A DNA stretch of 64,000 nucleotides, taken from positions 32,001 through 96,000 of IMG/VR virus record IMGVR_UViG_3300033153_013152. The stretch is one strand, 5' to 3'. The position numbers were made by a program, and so were the translations under genes. Under the pieces are notes generated by a model, which was not told the DNA's origin, did no database searches, and was given only the letters and a program-made list of their open reading frames with translations. Origin of the DNA: a virus. Below, piece after piece: positions 9,657-20,826 of this stretch; within the stretch, counting starts at the first letter, position 1, and the number at the start of each line of letters is the position of its first letter.

Positions 9657-11027
9657 TTATTCTTCCAACCTTTCTCTGGATCTTCTTAGGGCTTCTCTTA
9701 ATCTTTCTTCTTCGCTTTGTGGTTGAGGCATAGAACCAGTAAATGAAGCAGAATTATAAACCTTAAGACTAGATATTGATGTATTGACAGTGGTTGGAAA
9801 TATTAAACCGTCTGGCCCCAATCTACTTTTAGCAATATGTAAATTACCAACTCTATCTTCTGTTGGAGAATATCTTTGAGCATCCAATACATTAAACGTA
9901 ATAAACAAATCACAAACCATAGCAATCACAAAAGCTTCTGCAATATGTTGTAAGGTAATAATTTCTTTGTCCAACGAATCTCTATTTGTTTGAAATGCAG
10001 TCCAAAATGGAATATTTAATTCTGCTGCCAATCCTCTCAAATCTTCAAAAACACATTCAGCTTCAAATCTTTTTTCTTTGTAATTATTCAAAGACTTCAT
10101 AATGCCTGCATAATCTACGATAATCAAATCAGGATTAAAATCGCGCATTTTCAATCTATTAATATGATTTCTAATAGTTGTAACTGTAGCAGATTTTGTG
10201 GGGAAAGATTTGATTATAATTTTACCTGGTAAATCTTTAATTTTTTCCTTTACTTCATCTTTTCTTTTGATCAAATCGTCAAAAGGAATTTGAGAAATAT
10301 ATGCATCATATCTATTTCCCACATCTCTTTCAGCCAATTCTAAAGTATAATGAATAACTGTTTTACCAGCAAGAGCTGCAGTTGCACCTATTTGAACAAG
10401 AGCATGAGATTTACCACGACCTGTTGGTGCAGCAAAACAACATATTTCACCACCTGAAGGACCACCACTTCTAAGTAAATTATTAATCTCTTCCCATGGA
10501 GTAGCAATAGGATTCCTAATTTCTTCAATCATTCTTACTTCAAATTGTTCTATAAAATCATGACCCAAATCTCTATCAGTTCCAGCACCCAAAGCTTTCT
10601 GAATTAACTTCTGTATCTCATCATATTTTCTTTCATCTGCTAAATCAACAACTTCATTCAAAGCAACAAGTAATTTTCTCTTTCTACAAAAATCTAAACT
10701 CTCTTCTTTAATAAATTCTAAATCACCATTCAATGGATGCTTCTTAATTCTATCTAAATATTCAACTATTTGATCTTTAACTATTTCTCCTTCAAGATCT
10801 TTTTCTATAATACATTTCAACATTTTGTACGAAGGAAAAGCTCTATATTTATCATAATACTTAAATAATATCTTAGTGGTTCTACTTAAGTATTCTATGC
10901 CGAAATAATTAAAATCTAGAACTTCAACCATTTGTTCAGCAAATTTATGATCGACTATCAATGATTGAACTAGTCTTTCTTCAAAATGACTACCTCTATT
11001 GAAACGATCAACTTCACCCTCAATCAT
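9657..11027 (-). CDS. replicative DNA helicase (DnaB/T4 gp41-like)
   Basis: Walker A APTGRGKS, YTLEL, IIVDYA, WTAFQTNR, KSRLG. Confidence 0.92.
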   Translation of the reverse strand: MIEGEVDRFNRGSHFEERLVQSLIVDHKFAEQMVEVLDFNYFGIEYLSRTTKILFKYYDKYRAFPSYKMLKCIIEKDLEGEIVKDQIVEYLDRIKKHPLNGDLEFIKEESLDFCRKRKLLVALNEVVDLADERKYDEIQKLIQKALGAGTDRDLGHDFIEQFEVRMIEEIRNPIATPWEEINNLLRSGGPSGGEICCFAAPTGRGKSHALVQIGATAALAGKTVIHYTLELAERDVGNRYDAYISQIPFDDLIKRKDEVKEKIKDLPGKIIIKSFPTKSATVTTIRNHINRLKMRDFNPDLIIVDYAGIMKSLNNYKEKRFEAECVFEDLRGLAAELNIPFWTAFQTNRDSLDKEIITLQHIAEAFVIAMVCDLFITFNVLDAQRYSPTEDRVGNLHIAKSRLGPDGLIFPTTVNTSISSLKVYNSASFTGSMPQPQSEEERLREALRRSRERLEE

Positions 11028-11048
11028 ATATTTTCCCTCTACAAAACC

Positions 11049-11975
11049 TTATTTAATAAGATATCTAAATGTTGAAAAAAAATTGTTGTCAATATCTTTG
11101 ATACCATCTTCAAGCAATTTAACACGAAACGATGTTGCATTTAAATTCAATTCTTCCTTCGTCTTTTTTTTTATTTTACCAATATTGACTGAACTAATAA
11201 TTGGCACCTCAAGCTGAATAGCTTCAAAGTTTCTAATAATTATATCTTCACCATCTATAAATTTATTGTATTTTTTTTTATTTTTTTTGCACTTTTTAAG
11301 CAATTGTTTTGCTTCAATTTTTTCTTTGAGTGAAAATTCAGGAAAAAATTTTAGGAGTTTTTTATATGCAATACCATAAATTCCTTTTATATTGTCACTA
11401 CTGTCACCAGCAATTGATTTGGCCAAAGCATAATTATTTGGATGAACACCAAATTTTTCCAAACAATCTTTTTGGGTTATAAATATTTTTTTCTTTGGTG
11501 GATAAATTATTGTATTTTCATTCAACAATTGATAAAAATCATAATCGCCAGAAACAATAATTTTTCTTTCCTTCTCATAATATAGATTTAAATATGCTAT
11601 AATATCATCTGCTTCTATATTATCTATTCTTATTTGATGAACTGGAAGATAAAGCAAATATTCCATTAAAGCAATTAATTGTTTTATTCTATTATCATCT
11701 TGTTCTTTTGGACTCGATTCATAAAACCTATTGAGTCTGGGAATTTTTCTTCCACCCTTATAATTCTCTATAATCTTTTTTCTTTTTTGACTTCCCCCTT
11801 CACCATCCCAAGCAATATAAATTTCATCTGGTTTCATTCTCCAGCAAAATGATCTAAGAGAAGTTAAGAAACCAATGGTGCCACCATATGGCTCTCCATC
11901 TGCATTCAAAGTTGGATTTGCCATATAGCAGCGTATAAAATTGTTTGAACCATCAACAAAGAGAATTGTTTTCAT
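11049..11975 (-). CDS. 5'-3' exonuclease/flap endonuclease (T4 RNase H-like)
   Basis: VDGSNN, AWDG, YKGGR, EADD, SGDYDF, GDSSDNIKG. Confidence 0.92.
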   Translation of the reverse strand: MKTILFVDGSNNFIRCYMANPTLNADGEPYGGTIGFLTSLRSFCWRMKPDEIYIAWDGEGGSQKRKKIIENYKGGRKIPRLNRFYESSPKEQDDNRIKQLIALMEYLLYLPVHQIRIDNIEADDIIAYLNLYYEKERKIIVSGDYDFYQLLNENTIIYPPKKKIFITQKDCLEKFGVHPNNYALAKSIAGDSSDNIKGIYGIAYKKLLKFFPEFSLKEKIEAKQLLKKCKKNKKKYNKFIDGEDIIIRNFEAIQLEVPIISSVNIGKIKKKTKEELNLNATSFRVKLLEDGIKDIDNNFFSTFRYLIK

Positions 11976-12610
11976 GCTAAAGGATAAATGATGTTATAAT
12001 GTTTCTCTTCTTCAAGAGCCAACCTAATTGCCATTTCCAATACCAAACCCAACTTAGGAACTTTAAAATTATAATATTGTCTTTCTTCTGATACATCACT
12101 TGCCAAAATTGAAACATATTCATTTGGTGAAAGACAAATTTCATATGCTTGTGCCCAATACAAACTTCTTTGGACTGGTCTCATAAACAAAATATTCTGA
12201 TTTACATCATAAAATTGACCTTTGTTTATTTTCCAATTTTCTTGTGTTGGCAAATAATAATCTGGTTCGTCACCACGATCAGCACCAATCTTGCCAAAAC
12301 AATGAAGAATTGAAACCATTACAATACTCTTATCTGACAAACCCATATCTAATTTTTGATTCAACTTATTCATTATTTTTAATACATTAAGAGTATGGGT
12401 TGTTAATCCTCCGGGAAAGCAACAAAAATATTTAGAATTAGATGATGCAGGACATAAAGCATATCTTTCAGAATTATCTTCAATCATTTTCAAAAGATTT
12501 TCCATTTCGATACATTCAAAACGTTTTTGACAAGTAAACAATTTAACAAAACCCAAAACCCTTTCATATTTCTCTACAATATATTCTTCATTGGGAACTA
12601 TCTTTTTCAT
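11972..12610 (-). CDS. HD-domain protein with degenerate HD motif
   Basis: FPGGLTTHTLNV...ILHCFGKIG; HC replaces HD. Confidence 0.7.
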   Translation of the reverse strand: MKKIVPNEEYIVEKYERVLGFVKLFTCQKRFECIEMENLLKMIEDNSERYALCPASSNSKYFCCFPGGLTTHTLNVLKIMNKLNQKLDMGLSDKSIVMVSILHCFGKIGADRGDEPDYYLPTQENWKINKGQFYDVNQNILFMRPVQRSLYWAQAYEICLSPNEYVSILASDVSEERQYYNFKVPKLGLVLEMAIRLALEEEKHYNIIYPLA

Positions 12611-12769
12611 TTATTTTCCCCTTATTTCGCGTTGCATTTTAGTTATTTTCCTTTTTAGGTATTTAATTTCTTTTTGCAGTTCCAATAATTGCCTATTTAT
12701 TGTTGCAATTGCTCCATTTATTTGATTGCTTTCGTTGTACAAACCAGTAATGTGATCATGTATTGCCAT
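12611..12769 (-). CDS. small coiled-coil protein (52 aa, not in ORF track)
   Basis: MAIHDHITGLYNES...QREIRGK*; exactly fills the gap between two genes. Confidence 0.6.
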   Translation of the reverse strand: MAIHDHITGLYNESNQINGAIATINRQLLELQKEIKYLKRKITKMQREIRGK

Positions 12770-12770
12770 A

Positions 12771-13262
12771 TTATATTCTCCTAGTTAATGCTTTCATTCT
12801 GTCTATATAACCAGAAAACAATCCTTTCTTTTTGTCTTTTCCTGTCATAATTTCTTTCTTGGTTAAAACTTTTATATTCAACATATTTTGCGGAAAATAT
12901 AATCTATAAGAATCGTGTCTAATAATAAATGGTTTAACCACTCTTCTATAAAAATCAAAAGGACTATCTATTTTTGTTCCTACATATGCCGACATTGCCC
13001 CAATACTTGCAAGTCTTTGTCTCATAATTGGATCTTTCTTTGAGAGTTCTTGGGCAAAAATAGGATTGAGAATCGCTTTCATATAATTAATTTCTGGATC
13101 TGAAAGATAATTCCAACATAATCCATGAACTTTTGGAGCTTCTTTTGGAAAATTTCTACGTCTCCAAGATGTGTGCAAAATTAATACTTCTGGAAAAGGT
13201 TCGTGTGAATATTCGCCTTTATATGAAAAACTAACTAAATCTCCAATCCTATAAATTGCCAT
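12771..13262 (-). CDS. hypothetical protein
   Basis: 163-aa ORF in an operon-like run. Confidence 0.7.
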   Translation of the reverse strand: MAIYRIGDLVSFSYKGEYSHEPFPEVLILHTSWRRRNFPKEAPKVHGLCWNYLSDPEINYMKAILNPIFAQELSKKDPIMRQRLASIGAMSAYVGTKIDSPFDFYRRVVKPFIIRHDSYRLYFPQNMLNIKVLTKKEIMTGKDKKKGLFSGYIDRMKALTRRI

Positions 13263-13264
13263 AA

Positions 13265-14291
13265 CTAATACTTCCTTATTAGATTCGTATCTAATATTTG
13301 CATTATATCTTCCTTATTGTCCCCGAAAAACTTTGACCACTCCGAATGTCTCATTGATTTTTGTTCACCATTCAATTCAAATTTTGTATATCCTGCACTC
13401 TTTTTAATAAAATCAATATCGCACAAATAATCATAAATACTTTGTGCATCATCAACTCCATAATCAAACATTATTGGAAATTTCACTTTTCTTTTAGGTG
13501 GACCCATTCTATTTTTTACCACTTCTGCCTCAGTATTAATTCCCAAAATATCATTCATGGTATCTTTAATTTTTGCTCTTGGAGTCAATCTTATTCTAAC
13601 CGAAGCAGCAAACGGAATTGCTTTGCCACCAGGAGTTGTATATGGATCTAAATATGGATTTTTAACTTTAAGATCTAACTTAATTTGATTTAATACTACA
13701 AACGTAATATATTCTAAACTTATAGTACTAGTTAATTTTCTCATTGCTAAAGATATTTCTCTAGCTTTTACTGCCATATAATCCATTGGATCATAAGAGC
13801 CTTCCAATTCAATCTTAGATGCAGTTTGGGCAAGAGAATCCCAAATAATAGTAACTGGCCTTTCCTTGTTTGGAAATTTCGTCCTAGTCATTTTTGCTAT
13901 TTTCTCAACATGACCAAAGACTTCATCAACCGTTTCTGCTCTTGGCCTTATCAATCTATCCCAATCAACTCCCAACCTTTTCATAAAAGACTTATTTAGG
14001 GCATGTTCGGTATCAATATATATTGCAATTCCACCAAGCTTTTGGGTATTCGCAACAATATGAGAAGCCAATAGAGTTTTGCCAGAACCTTCGAGCCCGT
14101 GATATTTCAGATACCCTGCCTCCTGGAAGACCACCATTTCTACTATTCGTTATTACATAATCCAAAAGAGTAGAGCCGGTAGGAATAAAAAAATCACATT
14201 CTTCTACTGACTGATCATCTTTCTTTAAAAAATTTATAAAATCGTCCATATCACCTTCTGGAACAACTTCTTGCTTTTTTTTTCTTGCCAT
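13265..14291 (-). CDS. recA: RecA/UvsX recombinase, 341 aa with a +1 shift at CGG 14097-14099
   Basis: IPTGSTLLD...GGLPGGRVSEIS joins GLEGSGKT, IDTEHA, IWDSLA, VVLNQ, KNRMGPP. Confidence 0.93.
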
Positions 14292-14294
14292 CTA

Positions 14295-15065
14295 TTATTC
14301 AATCTCCTTTAATGCTTCATTAAATGCATCTTCAACATCTTTAGTTGGCTCTTCTTTCTTCTCGCCCCCCTTAATAGTTCCATCATTATCATCATCATCA
14401 CCAAAACTTAACCAATCCTCAAGAAGTTTTCTAATTTGAACTGCACTCATTGGTTGAAAAACTTCATTAATTTGTTTTGCAGTTGCCATAATGGCTTTTA
14501 CTTCCTTGGCAGTTGGAGCTAATTTACTTTCCTTTCTCTTGAAATTAAATTCGGTATCTGGATAACTCTTATCCTCTGCCTGAACAACTTCTACTGTAGC
14601 ATCAAGACCTTCTGAAGGACTTAGGAAATTACAATAATCATCATCAAGCAAAGCATTCAAGAGCTTCTTATAAACTGTTACACCAAAACCCCAAAGTTTT
14701 ACCTTTGGCTCTTCATCTGCACGATCAATCATGTAAGCAAAATACCTCTCTCTTGGAATCAACTTCTTACCTAATTCTTTATCTTCTTTTAAATCAGATT
14801 TTGCCAACTTGCGTCCTTCTTCGCAAATGGGACATTCCTTGCCAAAATTTCTCTCTAGACATAGAACAGTTTTCTTTCCTGCTACACGATAATGAAAATG
14901 TAACTCAATAAACGGATCTTCTCCAAAAGGATTGTCTACCAATCTAATTTGAGACTTCTTATCCTTTGGGGGAAACCACCTATCGTCTGAAAATCTTTGC
15001 TGATTTCTCTTTCCTCTATTCATTAAACTATCTAACTTTTTTTTGATTGAATCTTTGTCTACCAT
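14295..15065 (-). CDS. single-stranded DNA-binding protein (T4 gp32-like)
   Basis: FHY..CL..NFGKECPICE zinc site, KLWGFG, acidic C-terminus. Confidence 0.88.
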   Translation of the reverse strand: MVDKDSIKKKLDSLMNRGKRNQQRFSDDRWFPPKDKKSQIRLVDNPFGEDPFIELHFHYRVAGKKTVLCLERNFGKECPICEEGRKLAKSDLKEDKELGKKLIPRERYFAYMIDRADEEPKVKLWGFGVTVYKKLLNALLDDDYCNFLSPSEGLDATVEVVQAEDKSYPDTEFNFKRKESKLAPTAKEVKAIMATAKQINEVFQPMSAVQIRKLLEDWLSFGDDDDNDGTIKGGEKKEEPTKDVEDAFNEALKEIE

Positions 15066-15120
15066 GAAATATCTCCTGTACGCTTTAGGGTTTATATATT
15101 AAAACAAAAATTGCTTCAAG

Positions 15121-15531
15121 TTAACCAATCTTTTTCTCTTCCAAATCTTTAAAATATTTGTTAAAATATTTCAACCACTTAGTTAATCTTTTTCCTTTGT
15201 ATCCATTTGCATAAGCAGCAACTAAAATAGATCTTGCTTTACAATGACTTCTTAAATCTGGACTATCATCTAAAATTTTCTTTATCATCATATGAATAGT
15301 TGTAGCAGTTATTTTGCCACATTTACATTCATCTTTATGCATAAGACATTGAAAACACCTATTGATAGGATTCTTACGACAATTTTTTGCATGTTCGCCA
15401 GCCGGTCCTCTTGTACAACAAGAATCACCAGAAGATTGTTTCTTTCGTGCTATTTCATATTGTTGTTCAAAATTTGTTTTTTTAAAATGTCTTCCGGTAT
15501 TTTTATTGAAAATTCCCATACATCTCTCCAA
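15121..15531 (-). CDS. hypothetical Cys-rich protein
   Basis: CC..H..C and CxxC..CxC; real start likely the ATG at 15519. Confidence 0.6.
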   Translation of the reverse strand: MERCMGIFNKNTGRHFKKTNFEQQYEIARKKQSSGDSCCTRGPAGEHAKNCRKNPINRCFQCLMHKDECKCGKITATTIHMMIKKILDDSPDLRSHCKARSILVAAYANGYKGKRLTKWLKYFNKYFKDLEEKKIG

Positions 15532-16798
15532 AATTTTTACCTTTCTTTATGGTTACAGGAAATTTATTATAAAAAATATCATTCATATAAAAATATTCCA
15601 TTCTATTTTTTATTTCTTGCACCAAAAATTTTTCACCATCATGTATTTCAAATACTATACTATCATGAAATGGGAACAAAAGTCTAGAACTATATTTGCC
15701 TTCTTTCAAAAAATTGTTGATTGAGTGCATAACATTAAGAACAAAATCTACCTCTAAAGAACATATGAAATTTTGGAATATAACATTATTTGGTTCATCC
15801 TTCAAAAACAAAATTCTGCCAAAAAAGTTTTTTATCTTTCCTTTTTCATCAACTTCTTTACAAATTTTTTCTCTTAAATTTCTAATGGGTTTGGCAACAG
15901 AATCGAACCTACTATTGGTATAATTTGAAAACATCCAAGCCAAAAAAGATAATTTATTTTTATTTCTATCTCCATTAAAAACAGAATATATATCTTCTAC
16001 CTCTTTAAACTTTTCCTCGAATTTTTTGTTTTTCGTTGAAAATATAGCCAACCTTGGTTGAAAACTACTATAATCAAATTGAACGATATTATAATTATCG
16101 TGTGCAAGTACAAAACGCCTAGCTTTTTGAGACATATTATAAATATTTATTGAATCCCTAAAACACGTTAAACGACCAGTTTTAGCCCCTACGGGATGTA
16201 TTTTAATTCTATATTTTTTATCTTTATAGGCTTTGTTTTCATTTTCTTTAATCAATAATTTGTTGTTAGAAATGTTATAAAAATGCATCAAAAATTTAAA
16301 AAAATGATTTTTATAAAATTCTTTTATATCTGGTTCATTAAAATTTAAATATAAATCTTTTACAATTTCTGATCGTTTTCTATATAATTCTTCCAGCAAA
16401 CCATTTGGAAATAAAAATTTTGATTCAAAATTTTTAATATCAATTTTTGCATTTTTATAGCTATTTAAATGAGACTTAATTTTATCTGATATTTTTTTAT
16501 ATTCATTTGTTTTTTCTTCGCCTAGAACAATATTACTCAATTCTATAATATTAGAATGCTTAATATTTTTTAAGGAATACAGTATTCCAACATCATAAAA
16601 AAACCCCACATCTTCTATTGTATTATATAATTTGAAAAAATCAAAACATAATTTACATTCATTTTCAATATATGTTTTTGGAATTTTATTTTTTTTAATA
16701 TTTAAAATATGTTGATGCGAAAAAGAAAAGTTTTTATAAAGAACAAAAGATATTATTTGACCCGAATTTATTATAGGTTCCAAACATAAAATTTTCAT
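15503..16798 (-). CDS. family A DNA polymerase-like protein (polymerase domain only, divergent)
   Basis: KTGRL, motif A FDYSSFQPRL, motif C FHDSIVFE; motif B degenerate. Confidence 0.75.
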   Translation of the reverse strand: MKILCLEPIINSGQIISFVLYKNFSFSHQHILNIKKNKIPKTYIENECKLCFDFFKLYNTIEDVGFFYDVGILYSLKNIKHSNIIELSNIVLGEEKTNEYKKISDKIKSHLNSYKNAKIDIKNFESKFLFPNGLLEELYRKRSEIVKDLYLNFNEPDIKEFYKNHFFKFLMHFYNISNNKLLIKENENKAYKDKKYRIKIHPVGAKTGRLTCFRDSINIYNMSQKARRFVLAHDNYNIVQFDYSSFQPRLAIFSTKNKKFEEKFKEVEDIYSVFNGDRNKNKLSFLAWMFSNYTNSRFDSVAKPIRNLREKICKEVDEKGKIKNFFGRILFLKDEPNNVIFQNFICSLEVDFVLNVMHSINNFLKEGKYSSRLLFPFHDSIVFEIHDGEKFLVQEIKNRMEYFYMNDIFYNKFPVTIKKGKNFGEMYGNFQ

Positions 16799-16865
16799 TT
16801 CTATTTCCGCACATTTCTAGTTACAATAACTATATCACCAATTCAAATGCAGTGGAAATATTTTT

Positions 16866-18624
16866 CTAATTAAATCTGAATCCTACTTTTGTAAAAAAAC
16901 CTTGTGAATTAATTGTATGTGTAACACTTGTTATGAAATATATTCCATCTACCAAATACATGCCAGAAGATAAATAAAATGTTCTTAGTGGTTTCCATTG
17001 TATATGCCCTACGGTTTCCATTTCTCCCTGCAACGGTAAAGTTAGTGGAGTTTTAGATGTTGTTTCCAGCGAAACATCTGCCGTTAATGGATCTCTAGAA
17101 TTAGTAACTCTATTTTTATACATTTTATTTATTAAATTGGCTTTCATACTTTCGTCAATAATATGAGATAATGAAATATTTTTAATAAAAGAATTTGAAT
17201 GACCCAACCTTATTACCGGAATCCTCTCTTTCAAGGCAGCTTGTTCCATACTGTTGAGACTCTTTTTGCCCTTTAATGTTAAAGTTGTTAACGGTATTCC
17301 CAATTTGGTATCAATAAAAAATATATCAAAATATATAGTATCACCAACTTGTCTATTTGAAAATAAAAGTTTTACACTTGGTCTATTAAAATATTTGATA
17401 TTTTTAATATGGGGCTCCCAATATTTATCTGAATTAATCATAGAAGAAAGAATAGAGAACAATTTTTTAATAGTAAAAATGTCATTATTTCTTCTTGTTT
17501 TATTGTAAAATCTTGCTTTAAAATTTTCCCAAGGAATTGGAAAATCAAAAACATTTTCAATTCCACTTCCATTTTTAATTAACAAAGAATTAAAATCACC
17601 ATAAATAAATCTAAATTTTCCTTTAGAATTTTTAGAAAATGGAATAATTCTTCCGAGGTATTTTTTCCAGAGTTTCTGTGCATAATGTCTCAACTATTTG
17701 CCCAACTGTTATACATTTCTTAGGAACACCACCAAACTTATAAACTTTCCTATCCAATCCCCTTAATCTTTCCCAAAGAATTTCAAAATTTTTACCTATA
17801 TTTTCTCTATATAATTTTTCCGTTATTGTATAACTTTCTGCCATAGAATTTTTTAAATTTTCATCTATTATTTGACCCTTTTTATTTTTATTTTTATTGA
17901 TAAAATTAACTATTTTTTTTATTTTATAATAACTTTTTTGCAATAATGATGGTTCAATTCCTTGGGTTCTTAATTTTTCTTCAGTTTCTACAGACAAGTC
18001 TTTTACCCCTAAATCACCAAGATAAACATTTGTTAAAACATTAGAATTAAAACCCTTTCCGTCAATAGATATATCAATTTCTCCTGTTTCTGTTATATTC
18101 AACGAATATTTCGTAACATTGAAATTAACTATTTCTTTTTGATTTAAAAGATCATTAGGACTATTCCATCCATATTCTAAACGCAATGGTGAACCCGGAA
18201 ACAAAAAAGAAACAAATGCATTACTCACCAAAGAACTTGGCTTATGTATTTTCAAGTCTATTTTAATATCTGTATAATAATAATGTCCCGATGCTTCTGT
18301 TGTTTTAATTTCAATTCCTTTTAAAGACATTTCCGGCCTATCAGAAAATCTTTCTGAGAGCTTTATTTTATCCATTTCCATTTGCTTGTGGAAAAATTCT
18401 AAATTAAAATCTCTGATTATTGAACCATCAAGATCAACAATAGCCAAAGAAATATATGGTAAAGATTGTCCCAATTGAATATTGGAAACACTTTGATATT
18501 CTTTTATAAATTTTTGATTAAAATTAAAAATGGGATTATCTTTATCAGATAAACCAGAGTCGAAAACAATTCCACTCTCATCTTTAATTCTATTCCTTAA
18601 ATTAATATATTTTAACTTTGCCAT
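16866..18624 (-). CDS. baseplate hub-like protein (gp27/late control D-like), 585 aa with a +1 shift at CGG 17653-17655
   Basis: N-half LRLEYGW..FNVTKYS; C-half ends GIYFITSVTHTINSQGFFT; position next to the LysM wedge gene. Confidence 0.7.
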
Positions 18625-18625
18625 A

Positions 18626-18904
18626 TCACACTAATTTCAAAAATTCTTCCAAATCTAAAGGTATTTTTAAAATTTTACCAGGAATAAAATCAAATGCATG
18701 TTCTAAGTCATTTACTTGTGCAATCACCCACCAATAAGAACCATCACCTAAATATTTAGCAGCCAAAACGTCCAATCTATCTTCCGCACCAGTTCTTATG
18801 TTAATAGTAGAAATATTATTTAAATCTCTTTTTTTTATTATTTCGGGAGTTTCCAAATATTTATTATCAATAATATTTAAATTTTTATATCTACTAACAG
18901 CCAT
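18626..18904 (-). CDS. baseplate wedge LysM/tail-X-like protein
   Basis: MAVSRY, DRLDVLAAKYLGDGSYWWVIA..N..G.ILKIP. Confidence 0.85.
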   Translation of the reverse strand: MAVSRYKNLNIIDNKYLETPEIIKKRDLNNISTINIRTGAEDRLDVLAAKYLGDGSYWWVIAQVNDLEHAFDFIPGKILKIPLDLEEFLKLV

Positions 18905-20826
18905 TAAAATAAATTATTCTCCGCATAATAAGAATTAACTTTCTGAATTATACCACGAACTCTATATTCGAAAGGAACTTCTGGAATTTCTTCACCTTCA
19001 ACATCAGATTGTTGCATTGCGCCAAAAATATATTTATCATCAATTTTATATGAACCAGGATTTCCTTCGTGCAAAACCGTAAATCCTAAAGTAACACCAA
19101 CCTTCATCGGACCCCTAAAACCTTCTTCTGTACTCCATACTGTATCATCATAAGAAAAATCCAAAGAATTAATATATCCAGGAATACCTAATTTTCCAGA
19201 ACTTATAAGATCTCCTACCCTTACTCTAATAATTGGAGACCTTTCCAAAAACCCCTTCACATCAAATGCAGGATAAACCATACTTTGCAATTTGTGTAAT
19301 TTTTTATACATCACCGGCAAATCTCTTGGTGACCATGCAACAACATCAAACCCCAAACTTATATTTCTCATTGTTCCTTTATAAATTGGAACTTGATCAA
19401 CCCTTCCATAATATCTATTTAATGTCCAATCCGGAGTAAATGTTTCACTAAAACCATTTCTTATAAAAGCCCTAAAATATAAAAATTCAGCAGGTTCAAT
19501 TCTTAAATCTTGAAACATAAATGGCATATATATGTCACTATCTTTTATTGCTTCTCCCTCTATTACCCCATCTCTTTCTTGGGGAAAAGCAACAGACAAG
19601 TCTTGAGACAAAAACTTATTTGTCCCTTCTTCACCTATTTCTGTAGATTCTCTTGAAAATTTTGGCGGTCTTGCTTTAGCAAACCATTCTCCATCCATAA
19701 ACCCTCTTTGATCAAATAATGCAGATATTTTAGAAGATTGTTTTACTGCTTCATTGGCACTTATTCCGGGTTGTTTTTCTAGTTCTCTAGTCTGTTTTAA
19801 TTGTTCTTCTAATGAAAAAACCTGCCTATCTTCGTATGTATTAGATGGAGTATAAATATTTCTATGTATCAAAAGAGCCTTGGCGGTACCAGCCATTACT
19901 CCTTCTTGATCAACTTGTCCTTCTATAGAAACAGGAGTTAATAGTCCTGGACTATCTAAAGTATCCAAATCACCCCTTTTAGCTACATCACCAATAAATC
20001 CCTTTCTCGGATCCCTAAATTCAAATAATAAATTTGCATTAGGACTTTCTACATATCGACCTTTACGCATTTGCAAAAGCCTACTTTCTCCAATTGCTTC
20101 TTCAATTTCTACAACAGTTTTATAATCATGTCCAATTGCTGGGGCCAAAATTGGAGAAACACCAAGTGGTTGCGATCTAACCAATGGAACTACTGATGCC
20201 GCCAAAGATAAAGGATTCCATATTGCATTTGGAATTCCACCAACAGCAAAATCTGTTGGATTAAGAGAAGTTAACAACAATTGAGATGCGGCCCACTCTA
20301 TTCCTTTACTTACATTTCTTTCTCTTCCTGGAATTGTACTAATGCCCAATTCTGTACTTATATTTCTTAACCAATGTGTTGCGACATATGGATCAAAATA
20401 TCTACCAGCTTGCGGCATTCCTTCTATACCAAATGTTCCACCAGGAGTAAATGGATTTAAGTTTTGATTACTATTATATAAATTATTTTTTATATTATCT
20501 TTTTCTGGTGTTGGAGTTGGTGGTCCAGAATTCCTTTGTTCATTGGAATTATATCTTCTACCATCTCTATTATCATAATAATTATTTTGTATATTCCCCT
20601 GTTCTGGAATTCTATCGTTCAACGATGGTAAAGCCAAAGAAGTAGAAGTACTTTTTGAATAATAATCATTTGTATCCGTATATATATTATTGGCAAATGA
20701 ATCATTTACCATTCGATCTAATTGACTCAAAATTTTAGAAGAATCCCCAACAGTTCTATTTGCTGTTCTAGTTTTGTCTGATGGTTTATCTCCTAAAATA
20801 TCTGTATCTTTTCCAATTGTTGCCAT
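18904..20826 (-). CDS. tail tube initiator/baseplate protein
   Basis: C-terminal FRAFI..FSETFTPDW..YGRVDQVPIYKGTMRNISLGF..RVGDL domain typical of contractile tube initiators. Confidence 0.7.
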   Translation of the reverse strand: MATIGKDTDILGDKPSDKTRTANRTVGDSSKILSQLDRMVNDSFANNIYTDTNDYYSKSTSTSLALPSLNDRIPEQGNIQNNYYDNRDGRRYNSNEQRNSGPPTPTPEKDNIKNNLYNSNQNLNPFTPGGTFGIEGMPQAGRYFDPYVATHWLRNISTELGISTIPGRERNVSKGIEWAASQLLLTSLNPTDFAVGGIPNAIWNPLSLAASVVPLVRSQPLGVSPILAPAIGHDYKTVVEIEEAIGESRLLQMRKGRYVESPNANLLFEFRDPRKGFIGDVAKRGDLDTLDSPGLLTPVSIEGQVDQEGVMAGTAKALLIHRNIYTPSNTYEDRQVFSLEEQLKQTRELEKQPGISANEAVKQSSKISALFDQRGFMDGEWFAKARPPKFSRESTEIGEEGTNKFLSQDLSVAFPQERDGVIEGEAIKDSDIYMPFMFQDLRIEPAEFLYFRAFIRNGFSETFTPDWTLNRYYGRVDQVPIYKGTMRNISLGFDVVAWSPRDLPVMYKKLHKLQSMVYPAFDVKGFLERSPIIRVRVGDLISSGKLGIPGYINSLDFSYDDTVWSTEEGFRGPMKVGVTLGFTVLHEGNPGSYKIDDKYIFGAMQQSDVEGEEIPEVPFEYRVRGIIQKVNSYYAENNLF

